Notes: generated from the letters alone by a model not told the origin. Positions 37,441-49,798 are shown, counted from the stretch's first letter. The stretch: 64,000 bases of DNA from Macrostomum hystrix (GCA_950097015.1 CATNEN010000005.1:5828001-5892000), one strand, 5' to 3'. Program-made: numbers and translations.

Positions 37441-38689
37441 AATAGTATAGCAATTCGAGGAAGCATATAGCTATTCATAAACAAGCTGTTGCGTCAAATC
37501 CCATATAACCCCTTAGGTGTGGATCCCAAAAATATATATAACTCTTACATGGCCTAGCTGCCATCGCGTAAATGAAAGCAGCCCAGTTGGGGTGACAAAG
37601 CTGGAGATGCGAAGCTGGGAGGCCCGATAAGGCACTCGACCACGATAAAATATAGTAAAATCGAAAAGATAGACCACAAAGACGGATCAACTGTAAAGGT
37701 AGAGAACCAGCGAGGGTGAAGAATGGAGGTCATATCGGATGAGATGCGAAAGTCACAGCTTTCATTCCAAAAGTAGGACGATTATGAAAAAATTCCTTCC
37801 CGTTTCTTAGGGTTATCAATAATGAATGCTTACAGTCATTATTTACAGCTTTCGAGACAAACCTGCAGCACCCCCACCAGGATTTTTATCCCACTTATCC
37901 CCCCCAAGCTACCAGGCAAAGGACTGGATGAGATGTCACAGCGTTCTTTGTCGACTGGATCGTTAAGCTACTGAGATATCAGTCGGTTTGGTTGGAGGTT
38001 TGACCACTTCGGGCTCCATATAGCATTTTTGAATTGTGGCAATGTCATAAAAATATTTGTGCATTCTTCGCATTTAGAGCAATTGTAGTCGTTTGTTTCA
38101 AATGGGCTAAGATATAGAGGCTATATGGACAGATGGAGCAGGAAAAATCTATAAGTGACTCGAACTCTCGACCTCTCTCTCTCAGAAGTCCGTCAGAACC
38201 ATTAGTAGTACTGTTATATATCATTGTAGTAAAGTTAATTTCCCATGGTTCTAGGGCAGTTACTTAGTTGCTGGGGTAATTCTTTGAATGCATGCCAATT
38301 ACGGCTAAAAGCTGTAAAACCTAAAGTAACGGTAATTGTTTGAAATTGCCAAATGGAATTTAAAATCTAATTATCGATCGCTGTATCTTACCTGACGCCT
38401 AACATTAATTGCTACCGAGCAGATAATCCAGCTGCTCACTTTGATCTCCACAATATTCTAGGAGATTAAAGTGCTAATTGAAATTAGCTCAAAAGCATTG
38501 GGTTACAATTAAAAATCCATTAATATTTTACGAATTTTGTATTTACGAGTAATATGACTTGCATTGTTTCGGTCGAAATGGTAGGAAGTAACTGGCACGC
38601 CAAATCATAGTATTCAAGAGTACAATTGATTTTTTCATATCTTTAAACAGACACTGGACATCGGAGCCGAATCCTAGGGGCGACATCAC

Positions 38690-39560
38690 CATGGATTTGG
38701 ATAGACAAAACAACGAATTTGGGGAAACGCCACCATGGATTTGGGGAGACAAAATCATGGATTTGGGGAGACAACACCATGGATTTGGGGAGACAACACC
38801 ATGGATTTGGGGAGACGCCATCATGGATTTGGGGGAGACGCCACCATGGATTTGGGGAGACACAACCATGGATTTGGGGAGACACAACCATGGATTTGGG
38901 GAGACACCCATGGATTTGGGGGAGAAGCCATCATGGATTTGGGGAGACACAACCATAGATTTGGAGAGAAACAACCATGGATTTGGGGGAGACGCCATCA
39001 TGGATTTGGGGGAGACGCCACCATGGATTTGGGGGAGACGCCACCATGGATTTGGGGGAGACGCCACCATGGATTTGGGGGAGACGCCATCATGGATTTG
39101 GGGGAGACGCAATCATGGATTTGGAGGAGACGCCACCATGGATTTGGGGGAGACGCCATCATGGATTTGGGGAGACACAACCATGGATTTGGAGAGAAAC
39201 AACCATGGATTTGGGGGAGACGCCATCATGGATTTGGGGGAGACGCCACCATGGATTTGGGGGAGACGCCACCATGGATTTGGGGGAGACGCCACCATGG
39301 ATTTGGGGGAGACGCCACCATGGATTTGGGGGAGACGCCACCATGGATTTGGGGGAGACGCCACCATGGATTTGGGGGAGACGCCATCATGGATTTGGGG
39401 GAGACGCAATCATGGATTTGGAGGAGACGCCACCATGGATTTGGGGGAGACGCCATCATGGATTTGGGGAGACACAACCATGGATTTGGAGAGAAACAAC
39501 CATGGATTTGGGGGAGACGCCATCATGGATTTGGGGGAGACGCCACCATGGATTTGGGCC
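38690..39560. repeat. 21-22-bp G-rich minisatellite (GGGGAGACGCCACCATGGATTT)n just 3' of the DEG/ENaC gene
   Basis: Visible tandem units. Confidence 0.96.
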
Positions 39561-39725
39561 AATAATTTATTCGGATCGCATTGAGAGTGTCCTTTGTCTC
39601 TCTTGTTGCCCCTAGCTACGCCACTGCTCACATTTCAATAATCTGTTCAATCAAGCTATATTTGACGAGTGTATTGTGCTACAAATGTAATACGTTATTG
39701 TTTTAAGATGCAAGTCCACATCAAA

Positions 39726-41558
39726 TCAAGTTATCCTGCGTCGCGCTTCCATCAGCGGAAGCTGGTGCGCTCCGTCGATGACTTCGGCACGTTCCTGGTG
39801 CCGTCCAGCGTCGCGTAAATTGCAGCGTCGTAGCCTGCAGACAAGCCGCAGCAACAGCTCCAATATTTCAACAATCCAGACTAACGTCAGTCCCAACCAC
39901 ATCGACAGTAGACCGCCAATCTGACTCAGCGTTGACGCGAGAGTTCGCACCGGCTTGTCGCGCATCTGTACCACTGTGAAGTCCCGTCTGGTGACCTTGA
40001 GAGTTAGAAAACTGCGAGACACTAGGCCGTGCCGTTTTACGAGCTCTGTGGCCTCAAGTTTGTTGCCTGATCGAATAGCTTTAGCAACCTGGAGATAAAG
40101 TGTCCTTGTCAGAGCCTCTTCTACTTCTGGTTGATTAGCGTTAGATTTATCGGCTCCGGGCAGACTGTCATTCCATTTTAGTCCCGCCTCGCGCCACAGC
40201 TCACTCTGAAACAAGTGCAACTGCATCGACTCACGCGGCCAACGAGCCTGCGTTGTCCAGGTGTCAAAGGTGAGTGAGCTGCACCTCTCAGGGCACTCGT
40301 CCGTACTACCGTCGCCTTTCCCTTTTTCGTCGTCGGAATCAAAGAGACCCATCAGACCACAGCGACTTCTGAAAGCGGCGCTGGCCAAGCTCTCGGCCGT
40401 GAAATGATTAACATCACCGTCCTGAAGGCGTTCACAAAATGCCGACGCGTTCTGAACCGAGTGAGGCAGGAAGGCGAATGTGCAGCCGCAACGGCCTTCA
40501 ATGTTGGCCTGCTGTCGGGCCTTCTTGCAGGCATCGCGCGAGTAGCCGAACCGGTGTCCCAGCAGATTGATGTGACTCGGCACTTCGTCTTTACAGCGAC
40601 CATATGGGTGCTTTAACCGGGTCCAATTGCTAGTGCTGAATCGCACTTCAGTCAGGGTTCCTGGGTACACGTTGAAGCCCTCCTTAGAGACATCTGGGAA
40701 GCTGCCATTCTCGTGCAGTACCACACGAGCACCAGTGATCTGCGTGTTGGCGTCCATAGTGATGCAATCGTCGCACGGTAGGCCAAGATCGTGACCAAGA
40801 AAAAGGCGCATTTCCATCTCAACGACTGGATCTAGTACTTGTGAGCGCAGTGCGAATGTGTAGCAGTTTAGCCGGTTCTGATCGTGCACAAGACGCCAGA
40901 AGCCGAGCGACTCGCAAGACGGACTCGATACCGGTGGCTCCCTTGAGGGGTCCAGACTGCGGACTAGCAGGTAGCAGCTGCGAATCAGCTGGTTCTTGGC
41001 GAATCCCAGGTCCGAGGGTGAATGTCCGTGGGGCAGGTTAGCGAAGTAGCCGTTCAAAGAGAAGAGTCCAGGCATGTACATAGCAACTATGCGGCTCTGT
41101 TCCGCTGTCATGTTTAAGCGCTCGACACTCATACGCGACTGCAAGACAGCGCTCCAGAACTGACGCGGCGGTCGCCAACCGTTCTCGTAAATGCGCTTGC
41201 GACCTTGCACGGACAGTGGGATCTGGTTGCACACGGTGATCGATGGAAAGGCGGCATCCGGTCGCTCGGAGAACACCGGCATCTGGACGACATCGTAGGC
41301 AAAGTAGAGTGAGACAATCTGGTGCAGATTCACCGAGCATGCCAGGACCAGCGCGGTGACACAGAAAAGCCAAAGGCAGCGCAGAGGTTTGGAATCGGCT
41401 GACACAATGCGCGGTATGCCTCTCAGGCTGGTGTTGCGGCAGAAGCGAAGCAGAATCTCCTTGGCCGTCTCCTCAGATGGCTCCTTGGTTTGAGGCTCGC
41501 GGCCATTGTTTTTGTTGTTGCAATTAAGGCCGCTAACAGTTGCGTTAGGGAGCGACAT
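39726..41558 (-). CDS. DEG/ENaC (amiloride-sensitive channel family, FaNaC/ASIC-like) subunit, 610 aa, intronless
   Basis: Pre-TM1 FCRNTSLRGIPRI, TM1 (LWLFCVTALVLACSV), FPSITVCN, cysteine-rich thumb (PYGRC...YSRDAC...RCGC...CPERC), TM2 LSQIGGLLSMWLGLTLVWIVEILE. Confidence 0.93.
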   Translation of the reverse strand: MSLPNATVSGLNCNNKNNGREPQTKEPSEETAKEILLRFCRNTSLRGIPRIVSADSKPLRCLWLFCVTALVLACSVNLHQIVSLYFAYDVVQMPVFSERPDAAFPSITVCNQIPLSVQGRKRIYENGWRPPRQFWSAVLQSRMSVERLNMTAEQSRIVAMYMPGLFSLNGYFANLPHGHSPSDLGFAKNQLIRSCYLLVRSLDPSREPPVSSPSCESLGFWRLVHDQNRLNCYTFALRSQVLDPVVEMEMRLFLGHDLGLPCDDCITMDANTQITGARVVLHENGSFPDVSKEGFNVYPGTLTEVRFSTSNWTRLKHPYGRCKDEVPSHINLLGHRFGYSRDACKKARQQANIEGRCGCTFAFLPHSVQNASAFCERLQDGDVNHFTAESLASAAFRSRCGLMGLFDSDDEKGKGDGSTDECPERCSSLTFDTWTTQARWPRESMQLHLFQSELWREAGLKWNDSLPGADKSNANQPEVEEALTRTLYLQVAKAIRSGNKLEATELVKRHGLVSRSFLTLKVTRRDFTVVQMRDKPVRTLASTLSQIGGLLSMWLGLTLVWIVEILELLLRLVCRLRRCNLRDAGRHQERAEVIDGAHQLPLMEARRRIT

Positions 41559-42769
41559 TTCGAATGCGTCCTTTGGAGTTCGAAGCTCTGTACTTATAGT
41601 TTAGTTTCTTTAACATATAAGCCATGCATTTTACTTAACCCAGAACTGGTAATGCGCAAAGAAGTTGAACGATTGGTCCGTAGACTGCTGTCCACAGGCA
41701 ATAAGGATAGAAGTGACAGTCGATATTCCATTCTCATCACCACCAGCTCCTTTATCCTGGATTCCGGCACACCTGGGCGCGCGCACTTTGGGATTTCCTC
41801 ATCCACACGTCACAGGCCAAACAGAAGCGGAGCCAGTCAATCAGAGGTAAACAACAGAATGGCGGTAATGAATATTTCACAAAGCAATCTACGCTCGCAA
41901 TTCCCTTTAGCTTTCGAGCGGGCTTTATTAATCTGAAGCGCGCTTCTCAAGGCAGAGGCCCGCGGGCCGGCAGTATTTCATGGTGAGGTATTAGACAAGA
42001 GCATAAGGCCCACTCATGCTGTCTTGAAGCACGCTCCAGATTCAGGGTCGCGCGGACTTCATTATATAGTCGTAATCATAACGAAAATCTTTACCTAAAA
42101 AAGTGATGAGGAGCTGCACGGGAGCAGATTTCTACTTTACCTAGCAAGCAAACATGTGAATAATATCACCTGGCTTGCTCAGACTGTTCTATGAAATATA
42201 CCCACTAGGCATAGCTGTTTCTAGTGCATTCATTATGCATTCGGGCAAGCTATAGAGCGTCAAAACTCACTAGTCCGAGACTTGCAATCCATACCTGTAT
42301 ACGCAAAATGCTAATATAGTTCTGGCACGTTCGCTCGTCTCACTGCGATGGATTTACGCTTCAAACAAACAGATTTGATTAAGTCATTCGCACACGAGAC
42401 TTGAAAGTCTACAATTCACTGCTACTTAGTCTGTGAACACAACTGATTGCGTTGGATGCTAAAAAAGTTCAGCCAAGTCATGCGTGCCATGCCATCAAAG
42501 TTATACGTGACGAGAAACTTCAAGTGACGAAATAAAGTGATTTTTGCATCAGCTCTCCCATGTGCCCCCAATGTTAAGAAGTTTTCAAGTATCTGGGCAA
42601 GATTGGTCGCGCATCCTTTCACAAACACATCAGCTGTCACTGTCACTATACTGGCGAACATAAAAATTTGGTTTCTGTTCGGGTATGGTAGCATGCAATT
42701 TGTAAAATAAGTTTGCCTTCGAATGTATAAAAACGCAATACAATCAGTCTATGTCCTTTTCTCTCTATC

Positions 42770-44145
42770 TCAGTGTGTCTGTCTCAGTGTGTCTGTCTCA
42801 GTGTGTCTGTCTCAGTGTGTCTGTCTCAGTGTGTCTGTCTCAGTGTGTCTGTCTCAGTGTGTCTGTCCTAGTGTTTCTGTCTCAGTGTGTCTGTCTCAGT
42901 GTGTCTGTCTCAGTGTGTCTGTCTCAGTGTGTCTGTCTCAGTGTGTCTGTCCTAGTGTGTCTGTCTCAGTGTGTCTGTCTCAGTGTGTCTGTCTGTGTGT
43001 GTCTGTCCTAGTGTTTCTGTCTCAGTGTGTCTGTCTGTGTGTGTCTGTCTCAGTGTGTCTGTCTCAGTGTGTCTGTCTCAGTGTGTCTGTCTGTGTGTGT
43101 CTGTCTGTGTGTGTCTGTCTGTGTGTGTCTGTCCTAGTGTTTCTGTCTCAGTGTGTCTGTCTGTGTGTGTCTGTCCTAGTGTTTCTGTCTCAGTGTGTCT
43201 GTCTCGATGTGTCTGTCTGTGTGTGTCTGTCTGTGTGTGTCTGTCTCAGTGTGTCTGTCCTAGTGTTTCTGTCTCAGTGTGTCTGTCTCAGTGTGTCTGT
43301 CTGTGTGTGTCTGTCCTAGTGTTTCTGTCTCAGTGTGTCTGTCTGTGTGTGTCTGTCCTAGTGTTTCTGTCTCAGTGTGTCTGTCTCAGTGTGTCTGTCT
43401 GTGTGTGTCTGTCCTAGTGTTTCTGTCTCAGTGTGTCTGTCTCGATGTGTCTGTCTGTGTGTGTCTGTCCTAGTGTTTCTGTCTCAGTGTGTCTGTCTCG
43501 ATGTGTCTGTCTGTGTGTGTCTGTCCTAGTGTTTCTGTCTCAGTGTGTCTGTCTCAGTGTGTCTGTCTGTGTGTGTCTGTCCTAGTGTGTCTGTCTCAGT
43601 GTGTCTGTCTCAGTGTGTCTGTCTGTGTGTGTCTGTCCTAGTGTGTCTGTCTCAGTGTGTCTGTCTCAGTGTGTCTGTCTGTGTGTGTCTGTCCTAGTGT
43701 TTCTGTCTCAGTGTGTCTGTCTCAGTGTGTCTGTCTGTGTGTGTCTGTCCTAGTGTGTCTGTCTCAGTGTGTCTGTCTCAGTGTGTCTGTCTGTGTGTGT
43801 CTGTCCTAGTGTTTCTGTCTCAGTGTGTCTGTCTGTGTGTGTCTGTCTCAGTGTGTCTGTCTCAGTGTGTCTGTCTCAGTGTGTCTGTCTGTGTGTGTCT
43901 GTCTCAGTGTGTCTGTCTGTGTGTGTCTGTCCTAGTGTTTCTGTCTCAGTGTGTCTGTCTCTGTGTGTCTGTCTGTGTGTGTCTGTCCTAGTGTTTCTGT
44001 CTCAGTGTGTCTGTCTCAGTGTGTCTGTCTGTGTGTGTCTGTCCTAGTGTGTCTGTCTCAGTGTGTCTGTCTCAGTGTGTCTGTCTCAGTGTGTCTGTCT
44101 CAGTGTGTCTGTCTCAGTGTGTCTGTCTCTGTGTGTCTGTTTCAT
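42770..44145. repeat. 14-bp TG-rich minisatellite (GTGTCTGTCTCAGT)n
   Basis: Visible tandem units. Confidence 0.96.
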
Positions 44146-44782
44146 ACTCTCTGAGTAGTTTTTAAACGTTTATTTTTGTAATTCAGCTAGCTAGAGAGGG
44201 CAGCAACAGCTGGAGACTCATGAACTCAAGCATATCTCATTCATATTCAGTTTTCATTGCAAGGAGGACTCACTTATTACAAAAAACAAACCTTAAATAC
44301 AAAAATTTTAAAGGTGAATATATTGAATTCGAAGATGAGGGATGCAAATTAACATGTTTTTAAGTATTTGAACAGAGATGTCTTTCGCTTAGAACCCGAA
44401 AAACGTAACTTACCAACCCTCGCGTAATATTGCAAACTAATTTGAGTATGGCTTTCTCATATCATTCATTTTCAAATGTCTTCATCTCCCTGTTCTTTAT
44501 ACGTATTGTCTTCAACATAAAATTCACGTTTATTTCTTTCTTTTCTAGTCTCGCAGAACGACATTGAAAGCGACCATCTAGCCCTGACAACCACCTCAAA
44601 CACTCGAGCTGCGGGCTTTACACAATAGCACAGATGCAGACAATCGCAGAAAATGTGCAGCTGTTTGCGAGAATTCCAAGGCATACTCGACCCACCCTTA
44701 AATGCCTTTATCTTGGCCAGAATACCTAAGCGATGAAATTACCTCACAAGTGAGTTCTATTCTCTTAGGAAGCTGACTCAAC

Positions 44783-47700
44783 ATGGGCTATATTCCGCCT
44801 GTCAATCTTCTACTAATGTTCCTCGGCTGTTCGATTCTTTCTAACGCCGTAGTTTCAACGGCCGCTGCTGACAGCAATGCGAAATCGGTTGAGTACTGCA
44901 TCGTTGGGGCAGGTCCTTCCGGACTTCAGCTGGCCTACTTCATGCACCGAGCCAAGAGGGACTATGTAGTCATCGAGCGAGCCAGCACAGCCGGTGCCTT
45001 CTTCACCGTCTATCCGCGACACGGCAAGCTGATCAGCATCAACAAACGCTGGACAGACTCGTCCAACTCTGAGTACAGTCTCAGGCATGACTGGAACAGC
45101 CTTATTAGCGACGATCCGAAACTGCAGATGCGGCACTATAGCCAGGTCATGTTTCCACCAAGCGAAGTTCTGGTCAAGTATCTAAACGACTACCGCACTA
45201 AACTAGGCCTGAAAGTAGACTTCAACACCCCAGTAACTTCGGTTGAAAAGCTGACAAGAGAAAATTTTCGCTTGAACACAACTGGCGCCAGAAACTATTC
45301 CTGTAACGTGGTTGTCATGGCAACCGGTCTGCCGAATCTACGCAAACCAGATTTTGTAGGTTCCGAGTACACTATTGGCTACGATAAGGTGTCACTCAAC
45401 TTGTCAGATTTTGAAGGCAAACGTGTCCTGATCATTGGCAAAGGCAACTCGGCCTTTGAGACAGCCCAGCACATCTATGGCAGCACTCGATTTCTGAACA
45501 TGGCTGGCAGGCACGCAGTGCGTTTCGCATGGAGCACACACTATGTGGGCGATGTGCGCGCTGTGAACAATGAACTGTTGGACACCTACCAGTTGAAGTC
45601 GCTGGACGGCATGTTCGAGACTAGTAAGTCTTTTGACTATTTTATTTTCTTCTTTTTGTCTTTAGTATAAGAGAACACTGACAAGATCATACACGGAGGA
45701 CACTCCTATGAATAGTAATGGACACACACACTTACAAGTTTACATTTCAACCCTTCCACTGTGCCTTGGAGGTTTGGCCATCTACGATCGTAAATTCACA
45801 AATATAATTCAGGTTGTTGAAAGACTTGAAAATCTAGATAGATTATGCATTGCAGAGAGGTTAGGATAAAAGAATTTACGAATATTAACAGAGAAAAATG
45901 TAAGTGAAAATGAAATTTGGGATTTTTATTTTCATCGGTCATGACCATCATGATCATGATTCTCTAAACTATAAAGTCGCATTCCCGAAATCTAGAGAAA
46001 AGATTGCTATAAATATTGGTGTCATTTAATCCTGTGTTTGTATTAACTATTGCCCCATCTTACTTTTATCGTTAGGTATTTGAGTACTAGTTCATTTTCT
46101 AGGTATTAACAATGCACAAATCTATTTTCTTGTAGTCCACGATGTAAAAAATGCAATTTTCATAGATTTGACATCAATTTTTGACACATATTTGAGTTGA
46201 CACACAAAGCATTGATTTCTCATCCACTAAATACAAAATTAATTAGAATTTCTTCTCATTATCAGAGGCCTGAAACCCATCAGTCAAGCAGCTATTGGGA
46301 TAGACAACTCATGACTGCAGGCTGACATCAAAAGCTAATTAATCATTCGCAGTTTGATGGGGGAAATTTGATTAACAAAATTCTATATTAGTTCTATTCA
46401 GAATAATCTTCATTTAGTACGCGTGACGGCAGAACTAAAATACACTTTTCCATGAACTTCTCGTGTTATTATAGCCAAAACTGGCAGAGTTTGCTAAGTG
46501 GATATTTAAATTATCACATCATAGTACTATCTTCAGTATAATAATCTACTTATGCGATGAATACTATCTATGATAGTATAGTACAGTATAGTATAGTACA
46601 ATAGTATTTAATTTTATATGACTACTGTTAGTAGGTAGCTTGTTTAAAGTTTGATCCCGAAAAGCATAACTTGTTATAGCAGCGGCTGCGGCTGGGCCAA
46701 TGTGTATAATAACAATGTCTGCAGGAGGGCTGCGGGCAATGGCACATCATTTGGTGACAGTAGACCTGCAGCCAGCGAGGAGGCAACTCTGCTAATTCCG
46801 CTGACTTCTGTGCACACTTTCTCATCGTCAGGCAGTGTACACTCTCACTGTGACTTGGAGGTTCGCGCTAAAGGGCGTAAATTGCACGACAAGCCCCCAA
46901 GCCCTCTCTCCGCGGCTGCGCCCCAAACTAAACTAGCTTGCCGGCCCCTGCCACTCACCGCCCTGCTCAATCGGCTGAGGTGTTGTTGACATCTAAACAC
47001 AGCTTATAATTACAATTGCTAATCCTAGCAAAAAATCCTTTTCCCCAGCAGACACCATCGGCATTAATCGTCGTTCAAATGGGGAGCTGTGTCTCCAGCC
47101 GCCAGATGGAAATCCAAATGTCAAGCTGGAGACTCGAAGTCCATTTCAGCACTACTGCTACGACATGATCATCCGTGCCACCGGATTCACGTGGGACGCT
47201 GATGTCACGGCGCCAACGGGTCAAACTTCCACGCACAAGGGCAAATATCCGCGCATCTCCAACCAGTTCGAGTCGTCAGATGTGCCAGGAATTTTCTATG
47301 CCGGCACAATGACCCACGGTCTAGATTTTCGCGACGCCGCTGGCGGCTTCATTCACGGCTTCCGCTACACGGCCAGGGCGCTGCATCGCTACCTGGAGCA
47401 TCGTCGGCATGGCAACAGTTGGCCTAGCAACAAGGGCCCGCTGATGGGCCTAGTCGACGCGCTAGTGAAACGAATCAACGAAGGCTCGGGGACCTATCAG
47501 ATGTTCTCATATCTCAGCGATATCGTTCTAGTAGACAAGTGAGCATTCGATACCACTTCTGAGCAGGTTTTTCACTCCAATGATACGCAATTTTCTAGTT
47601 ATATGGCAACCGTTGTGCAAATTTGGAAGGGGTAAGTGACGAAGCAGTAACTCGAAGTCCTTGATACGACTCTTAAACCAAGCATTCCTGAGCTCAATTC

Positions 47701-49798
47701 CGCAGCGAGGTCACATTCATTTGGGCCCCACCGCGGAGAGAAGGCTTGGTGGCTTGTCAGTTTACCCCCTTGAGAGCCAACCTCCAAGGCACAGTGAGAG
47801 TGTACACTTCCTTACGGTGAGAAAGTCAGTGCAGATCTACACACCTGTGTGAGCGTGTGCCTGCATATGGTTATCTGTGTGCGTGTGTGCTCAGGAGTAA
47901 GCGAAATGCGCTGAATTCCTCCCTTGCATAGGGTCTAGTGCAGGGGTCGGCAAACTCCGGCCCGCGGGCCAGATGCGGCCCTCGAAGCTCCCAAATCCGG
48001 CCCGTTGCCCCTTCTGACATCTACAGTGTCCTGTTTCATCGCTCTCGTATCTAATCTCTTCCCTGTCTTATCTCTCCCGTGTCTAATCTCTCCCGTGTCT
48101 CATCGCTCTCGTATCTAATCTCTCCCGTGTCTCATCGCTCTCGTATCTAATCTCTCCCGTGTCTAGTCTCTCCCGTGACTAATGTTTCCCGTGTCTAATC
48201 TCTCCCGTGTCTAATCTCTTCCCTGTCTAATCTCTCCCGTGTCTAATCTCTCCCGTGTCTAATCTCTCCCGTGTCTAATCTCTTCCCTGTCTTATCTCTC
48301 CCGTGTCTCATCTCTCTCGTGTCCCATCTTTCCTGTGTCTCATCTCTCCCGTGTCTCATCTCTCCCCTATCTCATATTTATACAGTCAATGCGGCCCGCT
48401 GTCGTCTTTTGGGCTCTCTCTTTGGCCCGCCAGCAAATAAGTTTGCCCACCCCTGGTCTAGTGTCACCAAATGATGTATCGGTGTCCAATTTCATTATTC
48501 GCAAGTAAGGCATAATGACAAAATGGTATTACCTTTGTTAAAATGCCCTTCTACAAATGTTATAGTTGACCATGTCACAAAACATCCCCCCAGGGACCGA
48601 ACCAGCTTCACCCTATTGGAGGAGGTGCCATCAAAGACTCTGCACATTCTTCCTCGCATCACTGGCCACCGAGTCGATGAGGGCACCGATGTGATTGTGT
48701 TCCAGTTTGAGTACGGCAGAAATTTCTCCTCGCCCAGGGCGGACACATTTCACGAGCGACGGGCCGGATGCGACATTGCTAGTGGATACGAGTGCAACTT
48801 CCTGCACCCGGTGCTGTACCATTACAAACGACTACCTACTAGTAAGTATTAAAAAAAAGAAAAATTGCACCTTTTTAATTAAAATTGTTTTAAGATGCGT
48901 TATAAATCAGACGAATAGATCGAAGAAGTCGCCAGAAACTTTGAGAAGCACCATAATTCCGCCTAAAAATTATCTGCGTTTATGATGACAAATTTTAGCG
49001 CAGCAACAAAAGTTTTCCAGGAAACAGCCAGGTGTGTCCCGTCTTGCTTTAGAGTTCTTAAGAATTTTCCTTGTTACATTTCCATGGATCTTGAGTCTGG
49101 ATCTCAAAACCAAGGAAAACGTTTCTATTATGGGGATAGACACTTAATTTTCTAATTTTTCTATTTACCAAACCCAATAGTGTTAATTGGGTTCGTTGAG
49201 CAGTAGCTGGGAGAGTGAGTAGCTGCCTCCCTCCAGTCCATGGACTGAATAAACCTGCTGTACGAAGCCTTTGGGACATCTTGCTGTACACAAGTAAAGC
49301 TGGTTTGGTAAAAAATGTTAAAAATAACAGGAGGGCAGTAGGCTCTGGCACATCATTTGGTGAAAGTGGACCCGCAGCCTGCGAGGAGGCAATTCTGCCC
49401 ATTCCGCTGACTCCTGAGTACGTACGCACACAGACAGGTGTGTACATTTGCCTTGACTTTCTCATCGTAATAAGGTAATTAACCGACATCTCGCATTTCC
49501 AGAGCAGCAAATGTTCAACGAGAGTCTGAAGGCCAACAAGCTCAAACTGCCAGAGCCGCACGGCACACTGCACCTAATGGAGGACTTTTTCACCAACTTC
49601 CGTCAGGACAATCAACTAGTGCCCCTGGTGGCATTCCTGGAAGCCGCTCTTGAACGCCCCCTTACTCCGCCGTCCAATGAGCAGTGCTTCCGCCTGGCTC
49701 TGAGCTACGGAGAGGTACCGCAGTACTGCGCTGAGCTTGGCAACCGGTGGTCAGTAGCTGAGCTGATGAACGGCGGTCTCAATGGAGTGCCCCGCTGA
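44783..49798 (+). CDS. FOXRED2: FAD-dependent oxidoreductase domain-containing protein 2; exons 44783-45623, 47049-47538, 48594-48841, 49503-49798 (about 624 aa)
   Basis: Signal peptide, YCIVGAGPSGLQ (GxGxxG), YPRHGKLISINK, LRHDWNSL, second GKGNSAFE motif, GGFIHGFRYTARAL, EYGRNFS, NFLHPVLYHY, HLMEDF. All three introns are GT-AG with matching phases and the exons sum to 1875 nt. Confidence 0.93.
46690..46930 (-). mobile_element. SINE family A copy (FOXRED2 intron 1)
   Basis: Reverse-complement match to the family A body. Confidence 0.78.
47660..48480 (+). mobile_element. SINE family A copy interrupted by the hAT MITE (FOXRED2 intron 2)
   Basis: The body continues across the MITE as ...GGGTCTAGTG|TCACCAAATGATG, as in the uninterrupted 57908 copy. 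Confidence 0.8.
47941..48455 (+). mobile_element. Non-autonomous hAT (Charlie/MER58-like) MITE with internal 15-16-bp tandem array, nested in a SINE in FOXRED2 intron 2
   Basis: TIRs CAGGGGTCGGCAAACT / CAGGGGTGGGCAAACT (15/16), subterminal GGCCCGCGGGCC, exact 8-bp TSD GTCTAGTG (47933-40, 48456-63). Confidence 0.92.
49330..49455 (-). mobile_element. SINE family A 3' body (FOXRED2 intron 3)
   Basis: GGCACATCATTTGGTGA...GAGGAGGCAATTCTGCCCATTCCGCTGACTCCTGAG...TTTCTCATCG. Confidence 0.75.

Noticed and set aside
37450-38150. Higher-complexity stretch between the PACS 5' end and the DEG/ENaC gene
   Set aside because: May be a transposon remnant, but I found no TIR, TSD or recognisable protein motif.
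44745-44782. GTGAGT...AG just upstream of the FOXRED2 ATG
   Set aside because: A 19-nt intron is too short. The AG may be a distal cis-splice or trans-splice acceptor, but this cannot be shown from sequence alone.
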